A stretch of DNA of 64,000 nt, taken from positions 4,322,018 through 4,386,017 of the forward strand of contig OZ316891.1 in the NCBI GenBank assembly GCA_973895155.1. Direction: 5' to 3'. This stretch comes from Marsupella aquatica. Lineage: Eukaryota; Plantae; Marchantiophyta. The notes beneath the pieces were generated by a model. The model saw only the letters and a list, made by a program, of their open reading frames with translations. It was not told the origin of the DNA and made no database searches. The position numbers were made by a program, and so were the translations under genes. Every line of letters begins with the position of its first letter. Positions within the stretch are counted from its first letter, which is position 1. Positions 15,050-25,580 of the stretch are shown piece after piece.

Positions 15050-16948
15050 TGGAGGAGGCAGACATAGTCCCAGACCCTGCACGTTCCTCAAGGCGGAGAA
15101 CTGCTGAGGCTGGTCACGCTATTTTACTCAGGGTTATGGACGATTATGTGACTCTGCATGAAGAAAGACATGAGTTGGTTTGTGAGTACAAACTCATGTG
15201 CATCTAGTAGATCAAATGAATTCGTAGTCAGATGGATTTGCACTGCGTTGATATGCATAACAGGTTTTCGATGTCTCAATGTTGCCTTTGGACGCACAAG
15301 AAGGCGAAAGCTTGCTCACTTCGGTTCATCTGGGAACCCCCATAGCTTTGAGTCCACCAACTGTCACTTGGCCAAGCACTAGCTCGCCGTCTTTGAGTCT
15401 AGTCACGGTCTGTTGAGTTCCGAGTAGCATTGTGAAAGAAGGCTTGAGAGGCTTACTGGACGTGCTGCTTAATTGAGGCTTTGCCACTAGCGTCTTAGTT
15501 GGAGATTTAGTGCTCCTAGCTCGTCCCAGTGTATAGGGCGCTAGCTTCTGAATCACAGGAACGACGACCTTCAGGGTTTCCGGACCTGGTGGTACACGAG
15601 GTTCAGACCTGCTACTGGTGAAACCCTCCGCAGGCCAGTTGTCTGCTTGAGGTTGATTCAATCTATGCTTTAATCATCTCTTGGACGATCAAAAGTGATT
15701 CAATGAAGTCCTCCTAACAGACTAGATTACGAAAGAACTAATTTTTGCTAAATTTAAAGTTAGTCATGTCTTTAGGATCTGGTTCTACACCACTGTTTTA
15801 TTAACTAATCAAATCAATTTTAATTACAGAAACTACATGTAGATGACGTTTTTTTTATGCTTCCGAGAAGCCGTATCGGAGCTCTGGTCCGCTGGTCGGG
15901 GAAGATTCACGGTCTGGCGAGCTTTGCCTAGATTGTCGTGGATTGACTTTCTGCTGGCTAGTGGTAGTCTAGTTGTTGTGTCGCGTTCTGGAGCTCTCCA
16001 TGCCTCATCCCGATTCTTCTTCCATTGTAGGCCCGCTTCTCGATTTTCTTTATCAAGCACTCGCAAGCTTTACGGCGCTGTTTCGGCTTTGCTCTCATTT
16101 GGCAATGAGAGGCATTCTGGGTTGTCACTCTCTGCTGTGCTCTGAGTATCTAGCTCTTGCTGAGTGACTTGACTTGGAATCCTTGAGGCTTGATCGTTTC
16201 TCAGACGTGTTACGCGCACACTGTTGTCGTAATTGTTGATCATCGCACTGTCTCACTCTGGACCCTAAGCAGTCGTTCCGTAAGGAATTGGAGAGGTGTC
16301 AGATTGTTGGGACTCTTTGCTTCGGTTCTGGATCTAGCTCTTGCTCCCCAGTTATTGCGCACAATGTTGTGATAATTTGCTTTCTGTCTCTCAAGCACCC
16401 TACGCAGCTTGTTTCTCCAAGGAATTGGAGAGAGGTCGGGTTTTGGGTTTAGCCTGGATTCTGGTCGGGCGACTACGGCGACGCAGTTCGTTTCGATGAT
16501 ATGTGGAAGGAGCTGGCAATGAAACGCCTGAGAGAGCAAGGAAGAGGTATTTCCTACGACGCAGAGCAATTCACACTTCAGATGGCCGCCGACCTTTCTG
16601 CACGGAAGCGAATTGTTGTTCGGGAATGTCTACAATGTAGTTGTGTTGTTGGAGATCTTCTGATGCACGATTGGAGCCCTGACAACCTCATGCGGATTGA
16701 TGACCAGTGCCGGTGATGTGCGCAATTCATTTAACAAGGGGTACAAAATTATGCAGTTAATTATTCGACAGGGATTGGAGTTTGGGCTAACTTGTTGGCC
16801 TTCAGTTGTGTTTGAGGAGGAGAGTTCAATGCATTCGTCGATGAATCCAGCCTCGGACCTGAGATGTAGGAGGTGAATCCGTTTGTGTCACTCTGTATCT
16901 CCCCTCTCCGTATAGCTCAGGATCGGATTATCAGCTGTTCAATAGAAT

Positions 16949-17992
16949 ATGAGGACCGAAAGGGATGTAAAAGACCCCTTGACAAGAACGTCACAGCGAC
17001 GAAGGGCGCTGTCGAATATCACCAACCTTTCTCTCTCCGCCAGTTGGGCCAGCGATGCTCGAGAGGGTCTGAAGGCCAAGACCCCAAGCAAGACACTTAG
17101 TTTCAACGAGTCTCAGCTTCGAGAGGAGAATACGGCATTGAAGAGGTTGCTGTCCGAGAAAGATGCCACCCTTGAATCACAGGCCGCCCAGCTGGATCAG
17201 ATGCAGAAGGAGTTCTTCGTCCAATTACGCCGCCAGACGAAAGTGAACGAAGAGCTCATCTCGTACAACTCTCGCCTCTCCAAGGATGCGGGCCAACTGC
17301 GCGACCAGCTGAGACTTCTCCAGCATGAGTACTGTCAAATGACGGTGGCGTACAGGGTCAACCTGAGTGAGCTACAGGTCAAGCTTACGGAGGCGCAGGC
17401 TCTAAACGCGAGGGTCCTCGAACAGACAAACAAGTCTTCCACGGACCAATCGATCCCTAGCAAAATATCAAGGAAACTAAGGAGTAGAAGTGCACAAAGG
17501 CGGCATTCAATTGGAAACATCGTAATGGACGAGGACTGGAATGATTCGACCAACGTGGACAGTAGAAGCCAAAAGGATGGCGTGAGGAGGTCAGACTTAA
17601 GCAGACGGCGTCCGGCAGTCTCGAAAGAAAGTGGTGGATCTAGGCAGACTCAACAAAAGGCCGATGACCAACTTCCTGCTGCACCTGCTAGGACGCCAAA
17701 TTTATATTGTGATTTGATAGGACTCGATCCCATGCCCGAGGGAAGCTGTGAGGATGATAGTGATTCGCCACGAGCATCAACTAGTGAAGAGGCGAGCTCT
17801 AACGCCAGTAACGATTTTTGCAAGAGTGGAAAACCAGGGAGTACTTTAACGAGCGATTCCACCAGCAGGAGAGCAACATCTGGCTGCATTGATTCTACCC
17901 CTGCATCGGGGAAACGAGCTGCTCCAGCGGGGAAGAACACGAGGACATCCTCTGGTTGCTGCTCTGTCGCGAGTAGTTCAGTTACTTTGTGA
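16949..17992 (+). CDS. Shugoshin-like protein (N-terminal D-box plus coiled coil; no C-terminal SGO motif), transposon cargo
   Basis: Intronless 347-aa ORF. QRRRALSNITN, ENTALKRLLSEKD, NEELISYNSRL and LRLLQHE follow the order and spacing of plant SGO N-termini as I recall them (QRRKLxDITN, ENxxLxxxxxERD, NxxLAQANxxxL, LxxLQHE). The Ser-rich tail lacks RPxRxA..YKE..KMRR. Confidence 0.68.
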   Translation: MRTERDVKDPLTRTSQRRRALSNITNLSLSASWASDAREGLKAKTPSKTLSFNESQLREENTALKRLLSEKDATLESQAAQLDQMQKEFFVQLRRQTKVNEELISYNSRLSKDAGQLRDQLRLLQHEYCQMTVAYRVNLSELQVKLTEAQALNARVLEQTNKSSTDQSIPSKISRKLRSRSAQRRHSIGNIVMDEDWNDSTNVDSRSQKDGVRRSDLSRRRPAVSKESGGSRQTQQKADDQLPAAPARTPNLYCDLIGLDPMPEGSCEDDSDSPRASTSEEASSNASNDFCKSGKPGSTLTSDSTSRRATSGCIDSTPASGKRAAPAGKNTRTSSGCCSVASSSVTL

Positions 17993-18965
17993 ATCTTCAC
18001 ATTCAATGACCTCATCTGGCAAATTGACGACAACCAACTACGGACATCTCAAAGCAGGAGAGACTAACAACCGCGGAAGAAGAGGAAAAGCCTTTATTCA
18101 GTGGCACTAGAACATCTCTTTGGAATGATGCCAATTCACTTTAAAGCAAATCCACATAATTCTCTCGGCTTTGTAACAATTAAGCAAGAATGTAACACTG
18201 TAAAGCAACACCATATTATTCCCGGTTTCAGAGTGCAGCATTTAAGGTCACAGAGGCACTATGGATTCCTTGCTCTGGATAATTTAAACCTGATTTTAAT
18301 ATCCACATTCCTCATGGAAGCAGGGAACGAAACAACATGAGGCAGTTATGATGGCAGCGGAGCCTTAAAACAGCTCGCTCAATTATAAGCTGGCGGTCTA
18401 CTCAATAAGACTCTCACAAGGGCTCTCGTATATGCACCAATAGAAAGCTGAAAGTATAAACAAATTTGGTTGCCCAGGCTAGCTAGGTTCGAGGTCTTCT
18501 CTGACTAAATTAAATCGAATTTGAGAGCCATGAACAAAAGTAGTCTACGGTGACAGTGGAGTTCCTGAGAAACAGGCATCGGCCTGGAGGAGAGTGGTGT
18601 AAAGTTCCTGCGTCTAATCTGCTCAAGTGCTGGGCTTAATTACGGAGAACTATTCCCCCCTGACCTCCCTAGACTGCCGAACTTTCATTGAGACGACGAT
18701 TACAAGTAGATCTGAAAATCACATGTATTCAACTGCGAAAAAAGTGGGAGGTGCAAAGAAATTGATGTGAAAAACACTGACTAAAAGACAAGTGGAAGCG
18801 CGCTTCTTAAAAAGGATAGGTGTCACACTGTGTACTTAGCGCTGAACTAAGCACTAAAATCTACAAGTAACCCTCTATATACTCTCGAATTCAACCCTGC
18901 AAAAGAATGAACTAAGTACTCACCATCGAATGAATCTACCTCTACTCTAGTGTACTGATCTACAC

Positions 18966-19808
18966 CTAATCTAGGTCGATTGAATCACCATCTTGTTGGT
19001 GAAGCCCAGACTCGGGATGTGTGGTGGAATCTGACATTGGATTCATCGCTGCAGTAGCACAGAGAACCTTCGGAATTATCCCAAGGAGGGTTTGCATCTC
19101 ATCACATGTTCTGTTTGTCTTGATGAGCTCTGTCAACAATGCAAGTGTCTGTTGAGAGTTAATACACCGAAGTTGATGATCATGCTCCACTTTTGCCTTC
19201 TTTGCTTCGTGCAATCTGGTGGATCTGTCCCTATCTCTGCTTTCTCGTGTTGTGTTCTCTCGCAATTCATTGGCATCTCGTGTAGCAGCTTCTCTTGCCT
19301 CCTTTGCTTCTCTGGCAGCAGCTTCCCTGAACTCTTTTCGTTCCCGCATGTCCTCTGATCTCCATTTATCCTTTGCTTCGATGATCTGCTGCTTAAACAC
19401 ATTTTTCTCATTCAACTTCTCAAGGTAAACTTCGGCCAAATTAGGCCTGGATGTAGCTTGTGAGGGAACTGCCCTCCTTGGTGTTCCTCGTCGTGGGCCG
19501 TGTGGTGTTCCACGAGTTGACTGAGGCAAAGATCTGGGTGTTGCCTGAGAAGCATCGGGAGATCCTGTTCTCAGTGGTGTTGGCTCAGGTCCCTCTGGTC
19601 GAAGATAACCATGCGGTGGAGACACATCTTCTGTTGATTCAGGTTCCTCTGGTCGCTCTGAAAAATCATCCACGGGCTGTCCATCAAGGCAGGATTCAGT
19701 CCTACATGGCATATTCGTAGTGACATCTGCAATCATAAATTCAAAGTTAAATACCACAATCTCCACCCGACAGACCCTAGGCTGGCCATCTCCATACGTT
19801 GGCGTCAT
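18966..19808 (-). CDS. Probable 3' exon(s) of the transposon partner (ORF1) gene; Pro/Ser-rich then charged coiled coil
   Basis: 280-aa ORF on the same strand as, and downstream of, 20960-21805 inside the TIRs; E/R/K-rich helical tail typical of Harbinger ORF1 C-termini. Exact splicing not resolved. Confidence 0.55.
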   Translation of the reverse strand: MTPTYGDGQPRVCRVEIVVFNFEFMIADVTTNMPCRTESCLDGQPVDDFSERPEEPESTEDVSPPHGYLRPEGPEPTPLRTGSPDASQATPRSLPQSTRGTPHGPRRGTPRRAVPSQATSRPNLAEVYLEKLNEKNVFKQQIIEAKDKWRSEDMRERKEFREAAAREAKEAREAATRDANELRENTTRESRDRDRSTRLHEAKKAKVEHDHQLRCINSQQTLALLTELIKTNRTCDEMQTLLGIIPKVLCATAAMNPMSDSTTHPESGLHQQDGDSIDLD

Positions 19809-20959
19809 TCCGTGAAGTCTACATTCGCGAAAACATGGCTCGAGGGCCCAACGAAAAGAGGTTAGCTAAGATCAGAGAAGATTGAGAGGCACGATCAAAG
19901 GGAATTATTTGAAGTATATAAAAAACTACGCCAGAAGGTCAAGCAAATAGACATTTCCTTACTATGCCTGAGAAGCGACTGGAACTCTGGACACGACTTC
20001 TTCGCTGTCTAGTACATCTAACTACGCAAATATAGACGACTACTCCAATCCAGGAAAATCTGGGGGCTGCCGATGAGCTAAAACAATGTTGATAACCTCC
20101 CTGTTACATCAATCTATGAGCTACGATAATTCGCAAAAGCCATATGAAGGTTTTCTCCTCGTCTCTTACAAACTTACACTATCGAGCTCCAGCTAACACT
20201 ATCGGTTTGTAATTGAGATAGAGAAAACTCGCAACTGTGACGATAGGACTTTGCGCCCAAAATTTCATTGCTTGGCGAACCTTGCTTATGATGAATAGGG
20301 TCAGTTTCTACTCGAGCAATCTAATCGTTCATCTGTCTCACTGGCTTCTGGTCGATGGGAGGATTGGTGGTGGAGAAAGGGGGTCGTCCATCACCATGGA
20401 TTACCGTGGGCAGTGAGCTTACCCGGACCAAAGTGTAATTGTGATTCTAAGTTCCAGAGTCCTAGATTGGAGCTTCGCCGGTAAGTAGAATGGATAATTG
20501 GCAGAAGGGACAATAGGCTCAGTAGTGGCAAATTGACCACGTGAAAGGTATAAACTGGCCCACTTTTGGCAAATTCATCACAGTTCCTGTAGACCCAGGT
20601 GACAATTAGGTTGTGATTGTGGCGAGTTTGACAGGCTGGTCCTCTAGGCCAGTAGCAGCTTGAAACTTGCATTCTAAACTTTCAAGCTCCATACGCGAAC
20701 GGAGTCCTGATATACTAGTAGAAGCCATTTGCACAATCCTCTGATCTGACTTCACGGAGAGGTAATGTTGCCCGCACTGATAACCACCATGATCACTGAG
20801 ATGTACTGAGAAGCGACTGGAACTCTGGACATGACTTCTTTGCTGTCTGCCATGGCGACGTGGTGTTCCAAAGGGCGAAAATGCAGACGGTGGATTGTCG
20901 AGTGCCATCTCTCTCTCTCGCTTTGACTTCAGACAAATCACCAATCATGTAGAGTTAAG

Positions 20960-21805
20960 TCAGACATTGAATTTGTTACCTGATGGCGTTGGAGCTGCGA
21001 TGTGTGGAATTTCCTCAGCTTCACCACCATCATCGTCATCGGAGCCCTGATCCACAAATATTTCGGAATGTCCAGGCAATCCAACACAACCTGTGCTAGG
21101 CGGGGACACATTCGCCCTGTGCCCATACAAGGCATGCATCCTCTCAAAATGAGGGCAGATTTTGTCAAGTTTGGCTTCGATAGTAATCCCCGCTCTTATT
21201 TCTTCCATGGTAACCCCAAATCCTGAGTCTCGCTTCATACCTAGAGCCTCCTTGTATTTAGCGACATATCTACCAAATCGTTTACCCAGGTTGTCTCCAT
21301 TTGCTACGAACGATGCAAAGCCTCTTGACTGAATCCAAACGAGCATCAGTCTAAAGACAGTTTTCTTATGTGGATGCTTGGTGGCTGCTCCCTTATCACG
21401 CACTCTGTCTCCTCCGTTCAGCATTGCAAAATTATCACCTTCCTCCAGCCATTCAACAATCAACAATAAGTTTGCCGGTGTGAGTTTGCGCCCTTCAGAG
21501 CTCCCTGCCTGGGTTGCGGGAGTAGTCACCATGGCTGGCAATTCGTGAATGTGCACTGATTGGGAATCCTGTGCTTCTTGACGCTCGTCAAACAGAGCGC
21601 GTTGTCTTGAACCCGACTGATGAAGCTCCATGTTCCTGCTATGTATGCTTGTCTTGTGTGATTCTTCGATAAATCTTCGAGGCTGAATTCCTGATTTCAA
21701 ATCAGACGCTCCTCTTAGTGCAGCCGCGGCCCGCGGGGATGTGTCACTGAGGATTGAGGAAGACGCTCCTCTCAGTGCAGCCGCGGCCGTGAGCAAGTCA
21801 TTCAA
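20960..21805 (-). CDS. Transposon ORF1 (Myb/SANT-like DNA-binding partner of the transposase)
   Basis: LLIVEWLEEGDNF..LGKRFGRYVAKYKEA..SGFGVT..GITIEAKLDKICPHFERMHALYGHRANVSPP resembles Myb/SANT-like partner proteins of Harbinger elements; convergent to the transposase; candidate splice donor near 20978. Confidence 0.75.
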   Translation of the reverse strand: MNDLLTAAAALRGASSSILSDTSPRAAAALRGASDLKSGIQPRRFIEESHKTSIHSRNMELHQSGSRQRALFDERQEAQDSQSVHIHELPAMVTTPATQAGSSEGRKLTPANLLLIVEWLEEGDNFAMLNGGDRVRDKGAATKHPHKKTVFRLMLVWIQSRGFASFVANGDNLGKRFGRYVAKYKEALGMKRDSGFGVTMEEIRAGITIEAKLDKICPHFERMHALYGHRANVSPPSTGCVGLPGHSEIFVDQGSDDDDGGEAEEIPHIAAPTPSGNKFNV

Positions 21806-22007
21806 ACGGAACCCCTACGTGGCACTTAAACACATTTGATAAACCCAGGTCTAACCCGTGCCGGGACTCCTTTTAGGTGCGAGGTAAAGTTCAGACCCCC
21901 GGTTTTTTGGGACCCGATTTTGGGTACCGGTGTTCAATATCGGGCGGCGACCATAGACATCCGGGTGACCGGAAGGAGTACTATAACGCGCAGGGTTGAG
22001 ACGCCCT

Positions 22008-22317
22008 ATTGAGATACGATGTCGTTTGCTCCGAACTGTATGTCACTCAACGCGATGTGAGTACTCTCGAATAAGAAATCATTCCGAATGCAAAACTGCG
22101 CTGTTCCGAGGTTGACACTGTGAGTGCTCAGAGCTGTGAAGCCCAGAGGACTGTCGAGAATGGGATTGAAATTATTGCTTCCAACATCACTAGCCAGATT
22201 TGTGATATCCGCAGTATTGATAGAGGTCTGGGTGTTGAAATTGCATGTAGCAGCTACTGCCGACGATACTAGGTAGCAAAGCAGCAGAACATGGAGGATA
22301 CCCTTCGCGAAAACCAT
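22008..22317 (-). pseudogene. 5' half of small secreted Cys-rich protein gene (139 aa when reconstructed), disrupted by the transposon
   Basis: Signal peptide MVFAKGILHVLLLCYLVSSAVAA; the frame stops exactly at the transposon TIR and continues at 12034-11925. Confidence 0.92.
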
Positions 22318-22547
22318 GCTTCGGAGCCTGCGAGTGATGTGCTCGCCTGGAATCTGTGCAGCTCCTCCTTTCTTACAATCGTGTAGCGAGACGACCTCCT
22401 GTCGATGTGGCTCTAATCCTTATTTTGCTATTGAGTTGAGAACTCCGAAGTTACTAGAATGAACAGAGCGCTGGTCTTCAATGTACAGCTCGATTTGATT
22501 GATGACAAGTATTGATGTTCAGTCGGGTGTTCAGTGAAACGGGCGGC

Positions 22548-22560
22548 CATATATATATGA
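22548..22560 (-). promoter_or_regulatory. Putative TATA box of the split secreted-protein gene
   Basis: (TA)n run ~235 bp upstream of the ATG at 22317; a similar run lies upstream of the paralog. Confidence 0.4.
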
Positions 22561-23283
22561 AAAGAGATGGAAACACCTCACACAATTTAGAAGGTGAGCG
22601 CGGGGGAAGATGTCAAGGTGGGGGTGTGGGCGCTACTCAAAGCAAGGTAAGGCTGGCGCCGTGGTTACGAACTAGCACTGAAACCTTGCTTCTGATGGAC
22701 CTTCTTTGATGGCCTTCCGTTAACGCCAAAGCGTACAATTGAAACCAGAGGAAGATATGGGCTGTACGTGTGTACTACTAGACAACTGTCATTCAGATTT
22801 TGGAGCTGACGAAGAGTTGTGGCTGCTGCCTACCGCAGAGTAAGGTCCCCTTCCAACAAAAGCTACATCTGTACATGAATTGTTACGAACGTAGAAAATC
22901 ACGATGAGTGCTGTTCGCCTGTTGCTTCCTCTCCCTCAACAGTTTGTCCCCTCAAGTGAAGGTTCGCGGTTGAGACGTTTTCTCTGTGTATGGAAACACC
23001 TCAGGCTCGTTTATGACAAAACATGGTTTACCCTACTATGGAGACAAATTACTCATGTGCCATTTGCCCTCGGACGTCCGCAAAAGCTTCAACATCATCT
23101 TTAACCTTTGAGGAAATGGAAGGTCAGCTTGCCCCAATAAGCGTGAAGAATGGGACCCACTTTATGATCTACAGGATCTTTCGCGTGAGACTTTGACCAG
23201 ATCGGCGAGCCGGACGCAATGCTGGGAAATGGGTGATTGCAGCCGCCGATCGCTTCGCCCGCAGTGGCATCTCTTCGAACCCC

Positions 23284-23296
23284 TATATATATATGA
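23284..23296 (+). promoter_or_regulatory. Putative TATA box of the secreted-protein paralog
   Basis: TATATATATATGA ~210 bp upstream of the ATG at 23501. Confidence 0.45.
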
Positions 23297-23500
23297 AGGT
23301 GGTCGTGTGATAGTGTTCCATCATCTTATTCTCAATCAGCAGCATTCTCAACCTTTCATGCAATAGTTCCGCGAGAAAAAATCGCTTCGTGGTATCATAG
23401 GTCAGTTAGCTTTGCCATTGGTAGCTCGTCGATTTTCTTAGAAGTAACAAGCTGCTGATTCTTGGCTCCCGAATTCGATAGTGACACGAGACTCTTCAGC

Positions 23501-23912
23501 ATGGGTTCCTTAACTCCGATCTTCCTCCTACTACTCCTCGGCTGCGTTGTCAGCTCTGGCATGGCAGCAGATTGCAACTCCAACACGCAGAACTTCATCC
23601 GGACCAGCGATATCATGAGCGCTTCTAACAACATTGCCATCAACAATTTCAGCCCTCCGCTGGCGGATCCTCTAGGCTTCAAGCCGAGCCAAACGGAGTC
23701 CTTGACTTTCACTGGAACCGTCTTTTGTGTTCGGAATGACTTCATATTTGAGAGTACGCACGTCAAATTGAGCGACATCGCCTTCGGAGCGAACGACATC
23801 ATAAAATCAATGTTGTACTGGGGATATCTGTCAAGGCGGGCAATTCACTATCACTGGTGATACTGGACTCACAGTGATCTTATTTGTTCAGCCTGCTGGT
23901 ACAACATGTTAG
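23501..23912 (+). pseudogene. Small secreted Cys-rich protein paralog (~136 aa) with a +1 frameshift
   Basis: Signal peptide, then CNSNTQ..NNFSPPLADPLGF..FCVRNDFIFESTHVKLSDIAFGANDII. Removing one A from the run at 23803-23806 gives NQCCTGDICQGGQFTITGDTGLTVILFVQPAGTTC*, matching the paralog. The indel could be an assembly error. Confidence 0.85.
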
Positions 23913-25059
23913 CGAGTGCGGACTGGCAACAGCTTCGGGAAAAAATCCTGTTGGATCCACTCCGAACTTGTGGCACCATCAAGCTTGCTCTTCAGATCCT
24001 CTTGGACGCAGATTTCAGCTCCGATTCTCTAAACTCATTCGCGCTGCACAAATACTCGTAATCTCGACCAACCAGTACAATACAGATCAGATTAGAATTT
24101 TTTATTTGTCACGAGCGAGGGAATAGAAATAATGTTCTTCTTACTGCATCAAAGTTTTAAGGCCCACTATGTAGCAGAGTCTACTGTAATGTGAAATGTT
24201 TCAAGAATGTTATCTCAATCCTTTGATTAGTTCCTTATTGGAGCCAGGAACCGGTGAGCTAGCGTCGAATCGTTCCCCAACCTTCTTCCCGTTGTCCTTA
24301 TTACGAAAATGAATTATTACAATGCGAGGTCCTCTTGCGGGTCCTCTACTCAGTCTGCTCTATTGATATCTTTTTCCCGCACCACAAGTAGGCCCAATGA
24401 AGCATGGCTATAATTATGGCTTTGTTCATGAAACCCATAAACCTCTTCTCCTTGTTGAATCCTGAGTATTGATCACTCACATAAAACTTAACCAGATTTT
24501 TGGTTTCACCACTATGAACTATAGAGCTGACAGAGATCGATTGTTTGTGAAAGAACGTGAGAAAACTGGGGAGAAAACAAAGCCCACATTAACTCACATT
24601 AACTGATCATTCTTTTGAACAACACTCATCTCATCTCATCTCATCTCATGCTTTAAGGATATAACCCCATTAAACCTTTGACAGGTGGTCTGACCAGAGA
24701 GCCAAACAAAAACTAACCAGTTAAGCTCCATTCTAAGTTCAAATTTGAGTCAATGAACGTAGAGGGCTCTAAAGTTGCACTACGTGGCAGAAACTGCTCG
24801 TTTACTTATTTGGCAACTTATATTGGGAGTAATGTCAAACTCCAGACAGGTTTGCAATTCTTGTGACGTTAGAGCAATGGAACAACAGTGTTTACACTAT
24901 CACAACCACTTACAAATCTGTTGTTGTTGTTGTTGGAATGCTACTTGGGATTAGGACTCTTTGCATCTTCCCCAGATGCTTAATTTTTGCCTGAAAGTAT
25001 GATAAGTACATATGGTTTTCTTTCATTATGAGTATACTAGCCCAATACTTGTGCATTGC

Positions 25060-25580
25060 ACAAAAGATATTGAGGTGAGAAAAAATGTTAAGATGAAAAA
25101 ACAAAATGTCAAAACAAAAAAAAATGTTGATGAGAGAGAAAAATATCGAGATGAAGAAAAGAGGTCAAAGTGAGAAAAATATGTCGAGGAGGGAAACATG
25201 GTGAGGTGAGAAAAACATGTAAAGATAATGAAAACATATCAAGGAGAGAAAAGATATTGAGGTTGAAGGAATGATGTTGGGGTGAGACAAAGATGTCAAA
25301 GTGAAACAAAGATGACAAGATGAGAAAAAGATAAAATGTCAAAGTGACAACAGCTTTCAAGGTGACAAAAATTGTCGAGGAGAGAAAAAATGTTGAGTGA
25401 GAGAAAAATGTAGAGAGTGAAAATAAAATGTCATGGTAAGGTAAAGATGTAAATGTGAGAAAAGAATGATGACAAGATGAAAAAAGATGGCAAGTTGAGG
25501 CAAAGATGTTGACGAGAGATAAATATGTGAAGATTAGAAAAATATGTTAAACTGAGAAAACATGTCAAGGCAAAACATGA
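25060..25580 (+). repeat. Degenerate purine-rich ~20-bp minisatellite (AAAAGATGTCAAGGTGAG-like)
   Basis: Many imperfect copies of aaaa(g/a)atgtc(a/g)a(g/a)gtgagaaaa; a similar tract at ~51325-51520. Confidence 0.6.

Larger units (their letters stand above)
12038..22007. mobile_element. PIF/Harbinger-superfamily (PHIS) DNA transposon, ~9.97 kb, with ATT TSD and cargo gene
   Basis: Perfect 12-bp TIRs AGGGCGTCTCAA (12038-12049) / TTGAGACGCCCT (21996-22007). ATT direct repeat at 12035-12037 and 22008-22010. Subterminal GGTGACCGGAA / GGTCACCCGG motifs near both ends. Encodes a DDE transposase and a convergent second ORF. Confidence 0.93.

Noticed and set aside
12036-22009. Canonical TTA TSD with GGG-starting TIRs for the large element
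   Set aside because: The flanks would be TTA vs TAT (mismatch); only an ATT duplication restores the host reading frame.
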